From positions 16,142 through 80,141 of the forward strand of contig PBWH01000003.1 of the NCBI GenBank assembly GCA_002727195.1: DNA of 64,000 nucleotides, read 5' to 3'. The first letter of the stretch is position 1. Every line of letters begins with the position of its first letter. The position numbers were made by a program, and so were the translations under genes. The stretch comes from Gemmatimonadota bacterium (GTDB lineage: Bacteria > Latescibacterota > UBA2968). Positions 57,154 to 64,000 of the stretch are shown in pieces. A model generated the notes under the pieces. That model searched no databases. It was not told where the DNA came from and saw nothing but the letters and a program-made list of their open reading frames with translations.

Positions 57154-59091
57154 TCAATCCCTCTCCTGGTCGATGCCTTCGAACAGGTCGTGTGCGATGG
57201 CGCCCTGGCTCTGGGAGGGGGGCTGGATTCCGAAGATGTGGCATATCGTCGGGACGACGTCGGCGGCGTGGATGTAGCCGAAACGGGTGGTATCTCGCTC
57301 GTACCCTTGCTTCAGGCCTGGACCGGCGAGGTAGAAGGAGCCGTAGCTGGACGAAATGTCGCTCTGGGTTGGGATGAAGCCGCCGTGGTGCGCGCCGAAG
57401 ACCTCTGGCGCACCCACGCTGCCCCCACCGATGATTCCTTTCCATTGCCCGTAATAGCCGCTGACGTAGCCGTGGTCCCACGCGAAGACAACGTCGCCGC
57501 ATTGGTCACCCCATTGACCCAGTAGGTAGGCGTCCCGGTTTGGTAGGGCGATCGCGACTGGCGTACGGCCGACTTCCTCGTCGACCCACGTACGGAGGGC
57601 AAGGAGGAGTGCGCGTTCGATCTCGTCGAACACGGGCCCCGGTTTCGCGTTGATCCAGATGTCGAATCCCTTGTCGTCCTTCAGGTAGGCCTTCGTGTTG
57701 TCCCAATCGATGTTCTTCTCGAGCACCTGATCGACTTCGACCTGATCGTGCCCGTCCTTCAGGGCTGTGAATCCCGAGTCATACAGAAACTTCCGGATGT
57801 TCGCGATCCGCACGTCCGGTGATGCGCCATGGTCGGCGAGCATGCCGACATAGGTGTCCGGGTCAGCGCGCTCCCACAGCCGTCCCATGATTCGGTCCCC
57901 GACGATGTAGGCCTTCCTGAACAGGTCCATCGCTTCAGCCGCCGTGTCAGCATCGTAGCCGGGACAAACAGGATCGACGTCGTTCAGGTGGATGTGATTG
58001 AGGTAATCGAACAGATGCCAATGGCAGATGAAGAAGCTCGCGTCCCGGTCGTGCAGCATGTGGTTGGCCACGTTGGCGAACCATAGCCCCTGATACTCAC
58101 ACTCTTCCAGGGCCGTTTCGTAGTCGGTCATTCCTGAGGTGTACGGCGTCATCGACGCGTGTTCCTGGTAGGGGCCGAACAGATCGATCAGCTCGCCATC
58201 GAGCCCGTCAGGAAGCGTGAAGCCATCCGCGTAGGTGACCTGCGTGCGATACAGTTTCAGATGCGTGCCATCGGGTGCCAGCTCCAGGAGCTTGAAGCGG
58301 ACAGACGCACGCTGCGCATCGCCATCGATCTGGAACGGTTCAATTGCCCATTCACTCCATCCGGCCCATTTCGCTTCTGTGATCGTGTCCGTTCCATCCT
58401 TCGATCGGCAGACCAGCACCGTGTCGTAGCCGTTCCCGCCTCGATCGATCACGAGAAGCTCGAACCCATTCACGTCGCCTCCGACTCTCGAAACGACCTC
58501 GATTCGCGACTCGAGCGGTGGCGCGTGGCTGTCGGGCAGGTTCGACCACTCGCTGGCCGGCGAAAGGGCGGGGATTGTGGCGACGCTGCGTTGTTTCGTC
58601 CTGGGCGCCGTCCCGTCGTGGTCCATCTCGACCGTTGCGCCGACCTCGGCCGTTGTGTATGCCTGGCAGGCTGCTATTTCGTAGTCCGTACTGGCGTGGC
58701 CCGGATGTCCGAACCCGTCGATGACGTATCCCTTCTCGACACGGGAGGGATGGGCAGCGGGATAGTGGAGGGCGACGCCTTTCATTCCGTCCCGTTCCAG
58801 CGCATTCCAGATCCGGTCCGCCCGGTTCGCTCTTCCATCGAAGCTGTTGACGCGTTCTCCCGGCGCCAACTCGACGCGCCATCTCGTCACGCCGTGGGTG
58901 CCAGTGTGGGCACCCGTCGATAGTGTGGCCCAGTTGGTCGGTGTCCAGACGGGAAACGAGGGAAGCGTCTGGTTCACCGTGCCCTCTTTCATCATTCGCT
59001 CGAAGTTGGGCAGGACTCCCTCCTTCACGAAGTGCTTCATCATCGGGGTGATGAAGCCGTCCATTCCGTATGCGATGACCTTCTTTGACAT
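57154..59091 (-). CDS. Alkaline phosphatase/nucleotide pyrophosphatase-phosphodiesterase superfamily protein
   Basis: GMDG, WTPTNWATLSTG (Thr nucleophile), DYLNH, ADHG, HH, DVVPT; AGGAG SD at ATG 59091. Confidence 0.85.
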   Translation of the reverse strand: MSKKVIAYGMDGFITPMMKHFVKEGVLPNFERMMKEGTVNQTLPSFPVWTPTNWATLSTGAHTGTHGVTRWRVELAPGERVNSFDGRANRADRIWNALERDGMKGVALHYPAAHPSRVEKGYVIDGFGHPGHASTDYEIAACQAYTTAEVGATVEMDHDGTAPRTKQRSVATIPALSPASEWSNLPDSHAPPLESRIEVVSRVGGDVNGFELLVIDRGGNGYDTVLVCRSKDGTDTITEAKWAGWSEWAIEPFQIDGDAQRASVRFKLLELAPDGTHLKLYRTQVTYADGFTLPDGLDGELIDLFGPYQEHASMTPYTSGMTDYETALEECEYQGLWFANVANHMLHDRDASFFICHWHLFDYLNHIHLNDVDPVCPGYDADTAAEAMDLFRKAYIVGDRIMGRLWERADPDTYVGMLADHGASPDVRIANIRKFLYDSGFTALKDGHDQVEVDQVLEKNIDWDNTKAYLKDDKGFDIWINAKPGPVFDEIERALLLALRTWVDEEVGRTPVAIALPNRDAYLLGQWGDQCGDVVFAWDHGYVSGYYGQWKGIIGGGSVGAPEVFGAHHGGFIPTQSDISSSYGSFYLAGPGLKQGYERDTTRFGYIHAADVVPTICHIFGIQPPSQSQGAIAHDLFEGIDQERD

Positions 59092-59164
59092 CGGTCTCCT
59101 CCGGTCGTGGTCGTGGGCGATGGTGCAAAATAGGGTCTGGAGCGCGTCCGTCCAGGGATATGGC

Positions 59165-59193
59165 TTGACTTGGTCAGGCCCGACGCCTATCAC
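59165..59193 (+). promoter_or_regulatory. Possible sigma70 promoter of the 59315-anmK operon
   Basis: TTGACT-17 bp-TATCAC. Confidence 0.4.
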
Positions 59194-59214
59194 AAACCGT
59201 GATCAGTCCCCTTC

Positions 59215-59247
59215 AAGTCAAGAGCATTAACGCAGAGGGCGCGGAGG
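59215..59247 (+). repeat. Repeat family A copy
   Basis: AAGTCAAGAGCATTAACGCAGAGGGCGCGGAGG. Confidence 0.65.
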
Positions 59248-59314
59248 TCAAGAGGGGGCAGAGGACGTGCAGGCAGCGTGGAATATCGTGTGAACAGGAA
59301 AGTGTAGGTGAGAT

Positions 59315-61159
59315 ATGTCGTTTGATCCTGTACCGGAAGTGGATGAGATCCTTAAGTCGGATTGGAAGCCCGAGGAGTATGGGCTGCTGTATCACTTTGC
59401 GAATTTTGCCCGGATGGCGAACTCGGTAATTACGGAGCCGGGGGATCTTCAGGGGTGGTTTGGGGAAGCGTTGTGGCGGCACTATTCCTACGCGCCGTTC
59501 AACGCACGGGTGATGGAGAACTATCACTCGCTGGCCTTCTTCTACGGGTATGAGGCGCCGTGGAATGTCTACTACAAGGATCCGCGGGTGCTGAGCCGGC
59601 TTGAACTCGCGTTGAACTATACGTTCAACATGATGGGGGAGAACGGCGCGATTCCCGAGTATGCGACGGCCGATCTCGATTCTCCCATGCTGGCGCCGAG
59701 CAGTTTCGGGATGGAGTACATGACTGGAGCGCTCGAAGTGGCCGGCCACGTGATGCCGAGAGCGTTGAAGGCCCGATTGATCGAGCAAGCAAGGAAGGCT
59801 GCCGTCTACGTGCTGACGTCCGAAGAGTCGTGGGATCACGCTCGGGCGTTCACGAATCAGTTTCTGGGGGCGATGGCGGGAGGCGCTCAGCTTGCGAGGC
59901 TCACGGATGATCCCGAGCTCAAAGGGATGGTCGACAAGGCAATGCCCGCGCTGTTGGAGGTGGGGCACTTTATCTCGCCGATGGGGTTCCTGTACGAGAA
60001 CAACGGTCCGGAGACCTTCGCCTACTTCTTCACGACGCTCAACCGGCTGATCCCCCTGTATCACGAGACCCGCGACGATCGGGTCCTCGAGGTGCTTCGT
60101 AGACACGGTGCGTGGATGCAGAAGTGGATGTTGCCGGAGCCTGATCATCAGACCGTTCTGCTTGCCGGGTCGCATCAGACGAGGACGGGCAGTGTGTATC
60201 GTCTGTTCAATCGTGGATCCCGTGGTTTGGGAGATATGCTCGTTGGTGGGGCCGAGGATTCATCCGAAGGCGTGAGCCTGAATCCGGACGATGAACGTCT
60301 CGCATTCAAGCTGTTTGTGTCGTCGGCAGAAACCATCGAGAAGCGGCACGCCTCGTGGCACGACCCGGGTAATCCCGTCGAAGAGGCGAAGGCCCGATCG
60401 ATTCGAGACGGCTACAACCCGGTCTCGACCGTGAGCCGACTGGACAGCTACGCCCCGTCAGAGGAAGAGGTGGCCGCAGTCCGAATCGGACTTCCGTGTG
60501 TCGGGCGACAGCAATACGGGGAGTGGGCGTCTGACGATCGTGGGAATCAGTTCGGAACTTTCCGGCATCCTCGCTATTACACGGCTTTCGCGTTCGGCAC
60601 ACGTCAGACCACGGCGTCCTATGGACCCTCGTTCCTGTGGCGAGAAGGCTCCGGTACCCTCGTGCTCAGCGGCAACGGCACGAGCGCTTGCTGGGAAACC
60701 CGCATCGGCTCGGAAGGGACGGGTAAGGCGACGGGGAATTCCGACATGCGAGAGGGGCGCGACGGATACGAAGTCATCAGTCGATATTCGGACCTTGGCG
60801 TATCCAAGACATTCGTTTTGCGACCTGAAGTCATCGACGTTCTCGTCAGCACAAGACGGGCTTCCGGAGCTGTGAGCGAACAGATTCCACTACTTCTCCG
60901 GGACACAGATATTCTTCACGTGGATTACGGGAGGTGTCCAGCTGCAGGGACCAGTTCCAAGGGGCTCGGCCTCGTCACCCAGACACTCAAGATCGAACGC
61001 GAAGGACGCTCGGTTCTGACGATCGACATCGGCTCGCCAACAGAAGGGTCGATCAAGTGTTCGAACGATCGGGATGGGTTCATCCGGGCGACGTTCACGT
61101 TCAAGCTTCCCTCGATCTACTTCGGCCGAACGGGCTATCGGCTGTTCCTCGATGGCTGA
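59315..61159 (+). CDS. Hypothetical protein, 614 aa (helical N-terminal half, beta-rich C-terminal half)
   Basis: Long ORF with an AGGTG SD, overlapping the downstream GT2 start; no family motif I can name. Confidence 0.8.
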   Translation: MSFDPVPEVDEILKSDWKPEEYGLLYHFANFARMANSVITEPGDLQGWFGEALWRHYSYAPFNARVMENYHSLAFFYGYEAPWNVYYKDPRVLSRLELALNYTFNMMGENGAIPEYATADLDSPMLAPSSFGMEYMTGALEVAGHVMPRALKARLIEQARKAAVYVLTSEESWDHARAFTNQFLGAMAGGAQLARLTDDPELKGMVDKAMPALLEVGHFISPMGFLYENNGPETFAYFFTTLNRLIPLYHETRDDRVLEVLRRHGAWMQKWMLPEPDHQTVLLAGSHQTRTGSVYRLFNRGSRGLGDMLVGGAEDSSEGVSLNPDDERLAFKLFVSSAETIEKRHASWHDPGNPVEEAKARSIRDGYNPVSTVSRLDSYAPSEEEVAAVRIGLPCVGRQQYGEWASDDRGNQFGTFRHPRYYTAFAFGTRQTTASYGPSFLWREGSGTLVLSGNGTSACWETRIGSEGTGKATGNSDMREGRDGYEVISRYSDLGVSKTFVLRPEVIDVLVSTRRASGAVSEQIPLLLRDTDILHVDYGRCPAAGTSSKGLGLVTQTLKIEREGRSVLTIDIGSPTEGSIKCSNDRDGFIRATFTFKLPSIYFGRTGYRLFLDG

Positions 61160-62219
61160 CACCGCGTCTACATCGCCTGTCGTCTCGGTCATCATTCCGC
61201 ACTATCTGGGTGATATCCTCTCGGACTGTCTGAAGACGATCTACGAGGCTGAAGAGCCGACGCCTTTCGAGGTGATCGTTGCGGACGACCAACCACACAA
61301 CGACGGCAGCATCGAACGGGCGCTGGAGAACTGGCCGGATTTCAGGATCGTGAAGACTGGTGGCAAACGAGGCCTGGCGTATGGATGCAACCGGGGTCTC
61401 GAGATCGCCAACGGCCGGTATGCGATCCTCCTCAATAACGATGTAGAGGTGTCAGACGGCTGGCTGACGGCGCTCGTATCCGCCCTGGATTCGGACGAGA
61501 CGATCGGGGCTGCACAGCCGAAGGTTCGCTCAATGCGAGACAAGGCCCAGTTCGACTCCGAAGGGGCGGGCGGTGGTCTCATGGACGTCTATGCCTACCC
61601 GTTCTGCCTCGGACGCGTGTTCGACACGGTCGAGATGGACGAGGGGCAGTACGACACGGGCAGAGACATTTTCTGGGCACTCGGCGGGGCGATGTTCGTG
61701 AGGATGTCCGCGATCGAACGGACCGGCCTGATGGACGAGGCGTTCTACATGCATATGGAGGAGATCGATCTCTGCTGGCGTCTCCACCTGGCCGGCTACC
61801 GGATCGTGTCGGTCCCTGAGTCGCTCGTATATCATTGGGGTGGGTTCAGCCTGAAAGCGGAGACCTTCCAGCGTCTGTATCTCAAGCATCGGAACAGCTT
61901 AATTATGATGCTCAAGAACTGGTCGACCGGATCACTGATCAGGACGGTTCCGATGCGGGTGTTTCTGGAGGTGGCAACGGGGGCTATGATCCTGAAGGGT
62001 GATTGGCGCCGCGCCTTGGCGGGGATCGCCGGTGTGCTGTGGGTCCTCGTCCACCCGTTCGACGTGCTCAGGCGTCGTAAAGCCTGTCAGGTTGCACGTG
62101 AGGTACCCGACCGCGTGGTTCGACGCGCGATGTACGGTCGATCCGCCGTCTTCGCCTACTACATACGAGGTCGCAAGACGGCTACGGAGATGCTGACCGA
62201 TGGGGGGATGGCAGAGTGA
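61152..62219 (+). CDS. Glycosyltransferase family 2
   Basis: VSVIIP, VIVADD, GCNRG, LLNND, FYMHMEEIDLCWR, RNSL. Confidence 0.9.
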   Translation: MADTASTSPVVSVIIPHYLGDILSDCLKTIYEAEEPTPFEVIVADDQPHNDGSIERALENWPDFRIVKTGGKRGLAYGCNRGLEIANGRYAILLNNDVEVSDGWLTALVSALDSDETIGAAQPKVRSMRDKAQFDSEGAGGGLMDVYAYPFCLGRVFDTVEMDEGQYDTGRDIFWALGGAMFVRMSAIERTGLMDEAFYMHMEEIDLCWRLHLAGYRIVSVPESLVYHWGGFSLKAETFQRLYLKHRNSLIMMLKNWSTGSLIRTVPMRVFLEVATGAMILKGDWRRALAGIAGVLWVLVHPFDVLRRRKACQVAREVPDRVVRRAMYGRSAVFAYYIRGRKTATEMLTDGGMAE

Positions 62220-63175
62220 AGGGGGTGATCGGGCCACTGGTCAAGTTGCTGGTCAGCGCGGGGCTGATCGCACTGTTCCTCCTGCAGATCGACTTCGCCG
62301 ACGTGACGGCCGCCGTCGCAACCGCGCGTCCCTCATACCTGGGGCTCGCGGTGGTGTTGTTCGTGGTGAGCAACCTCCTTGGAGCCCTGCAGTGGCGCGA
62401 ACTCCTCAGGGTTCAGGGGATTGAACTACCTGTGCTGCGCATCATCTCCCTCTACTTTGTCGGTGTCTTCTTCAACAACTTTCTCGTCAGCAACATCGGC
62501 GGTGACGCGGTCCGAGTATACGATCTGAAACGGATTACGGGTGAAGGATCGAAAGGGTTCGCCGCGACATTCCTCGATCGGTTTGTCGGTCTTTTTGTCC
62601 TGATCCTGTTCTCCGTCGTCGCCCTGTCACGGAATCCCGCGCTCTGGTCACCCAGCATTGCGTTACCGATTGCGGCTCTTGTTTGTGTGATCGCAGGAAT
62701 CCTGGTGTTCGGGTTCTCGCGGAGGCTGAGCGCGACGATTCTCAGAGTGATCGATCGGATTGCCCCTCAAGCCCTGATCGCCCTGTTGAATCGTATTCGG
62801 GACGGCTTCATCGCCTATCGAAAGGCCTACGGGACGCTGGGACGTGTGTTGTTGTTCGCCTGTGGGGTTCAGCTCTTGCGGATTGCCGTCTACTACTCGG
62901 TCGGTTTTGGAATGAACCTGACGGCCGGCTTCGATCACTACGTGATCTTCATTCCGTTGATCGCCATCGTGGCGGCCGTGCCGATCTCGTTCGGAGGTAT
63001 CGGGGTCCGCGAGAATCTCGGTGCCTTATTCTTTGCGAGGGTGGGGGTATCGGGTGCTGAGGCATTGGCGATGATGTTTCTGGGGTATCTGGCGGGGATC
63101 GTGGCGTCGCTGGCCGGTGGCGTCAGCTTCGTTTTTCGGCGATACGTGAGCAAAGAGGACGCCGATGAGGAATGA
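62216..63175 (+). CDS. Lysylphosphatidylglycerol-synthase TM/flippase-like membrane protein
   Basis: QWRELL, GVFFNNFL.SNIGGDAVR, LDRFVG, PISFGGIGVRE. Confidence 0.85.
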   Translation: MKGVIGPLVKLLVSAGLIALFLLQIDFADVTAAVATARPSYLGLAVVLFVVSNLLGALQWRELLRVQGIELPVLRIISLYFVGVFFNNFLVSNIGGDAVRVYDLKRITGEGSKGFAATFLDRFVGLFVLILFSVVALSRNPALWSPSIALPIAALVCVIAGILVFGFSRRLSATILRVIDRIAPQALIALLNRIRDGFIAYRKAYGTLGRVLLFACGVQLLRIAVYYSVGFGMNLTAGFDHYVIFIPLIAIVAAVPISFGGIGVRENLGALFFARVGVSGAEALAMMFLGYLAGIVASLAGGVSFVFRRYVSKEDADEE

Positions 63176-64000
63176 TGCCCTGTATGTCGGCCTGATGTCG
63201 GGCACGTCGGCCGACGGGATCGATGCGGCGCTGGTCTCGATCGAGAACGAATCCGGATCTGAGTTCGAGCTGGTGGCCTTCGAAACGACCGCCTACCCGA
63301 ATGACCTCAAGCAGGAGATCCTGTCCTCCTGCGATGCGCGAACCGGGACGGTTGATCTGATTGCCCGGCTCGACGCTGTCTTGGGTCAATGGTTTGCGAA
63401 TGCTGCGCTGTCCGTGATCGCGTCAGCTGATATCGATATCAAAACCGTTCGGGCGATCGGCTCTCACGGACAGACGGTACATCACCTCCCGGATGCTGGC
63501 GAGTGGTTCGGCGTTCCGGCACGATCGACGCTACAGATCGGGAACGCCAGTGTGATCGCCGAGCAAACAGGGATCCAGACGGTATCCGATTTCAGGTCTC
63601 GTGATGTGGCTGTCGGCGGTCAGGGGGCACCGCTGGTTCCGCTGATCGACTATCTCGTGTTTGCCGATCCCGAGAAACACCGGGCCCTGCTTAACGTAGG
63701 CGGAATCGCGAACGTCACTGTTCTTCCAGTTGGCGGAGGTCTGGATTCGGTGACCGCGTTCGACACCGGACCGGGGAACGTGATCATCGACGGCCTGGTC
63801 CATCGGATGACGGATGGGGCCGAAGGGTTCGACCAGGATGGCCGGATCGCATTAGGGGCCAGAATTCACGAAGAGGTCCTGCGGAAGTGGCTCTCGCATC
63901 CCTACTTCGAACTGCAGCCACCCCGGTCGACAGGACGCGAGGTCTTCGGCGGCGCGTATGTCGATGCCCTGATCGAGCGTCACGCGGATGTCCCGTTGCC
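63165..64000 (+). CDS. anmK: Anhydro-N-acetylmuramic acid kinase, partial (runs off the window end; absent from the ORF track)
   Basis: MRNDALYVGLMSGTSADGID, IGSHGQTVHH, TLQIG, DFRSRDVAVGGQGAPLVP, LNVGGIANVT, FDTGPGN, PPRSTGRE. Confidence 0.93.
   Translation, partial: MRNDALYVGLMSGTSADGIDAALVSIENESGSEFELVAFETTAYPNDLKQEILSSCDARTGTVDLIARLDAVLGQWFANAALSVIASADIDIKTVRAIGSHGQTVHHLPDAGEWFGVPARSTLQIGNASVIAEQTGIQTVSDFRSRDVAVGGQGAPLVPLIDYLVFADPEKHRALLNVGGIANVTVLPVGGGLDSVTAFDTGPGNVIIDGLVHRMTDGAEGFDQDGRIALGARIHEEVLRKWLSHPYFELQPPRSTGREVFGGAYVDALIERHADVPL

Overview
A 64-kb stretch of GC-rich bacterial chromosome, mostly on the + strand, with about 50 intact CDS and one tRNA-Gly(GCC). Housekeeping genes include def, an RlmI-type methyltransferase, argE, ggt and a partial anmK. 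Much of the rest is catabolic or transport: a peptide/oligosaccharide-type ABC operon with two tandem binding proteins, hydantoinase/oxoprolinase A+B, a PhyH dioxygenase, a PL6 polysaccharide lyase, three Gfo/Idh/MocA dehydrogenases, an FGGY kinase, two Ldh_2 oxidoreductases, an enolase-superfamily enzyme, and MFS and MATE transporters. This repertoire would fit a Latescibacterota/Poribacteria-like heterotroph, but that is an inference only. I saw no prophage, IS transposase, CRISPR array or defence island. The unexplained structure lies mainly between genes. (i) There are at least five distinct families of short dispersed repeats; one purine-rich family with a 9-nt period has its five best copies at gene strand-switch points, always on the + strand. 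(ii) There are seven to eight decayed genes, several invisible in the ORF track (cupin, COG4099-type esterase tail, GNAT head, possible BrnT fragment). (iii) Two near-perfect sigma70 promoters sit back to back, built on one inverted repeat, between a diguanylate cyclase and the hydantoinase-PL6 operon. (iv) An unknown 614-aa protein heads a GT2-flippase-anmK operon. All product calls come from recognising motifs by eye; no database searches were run.
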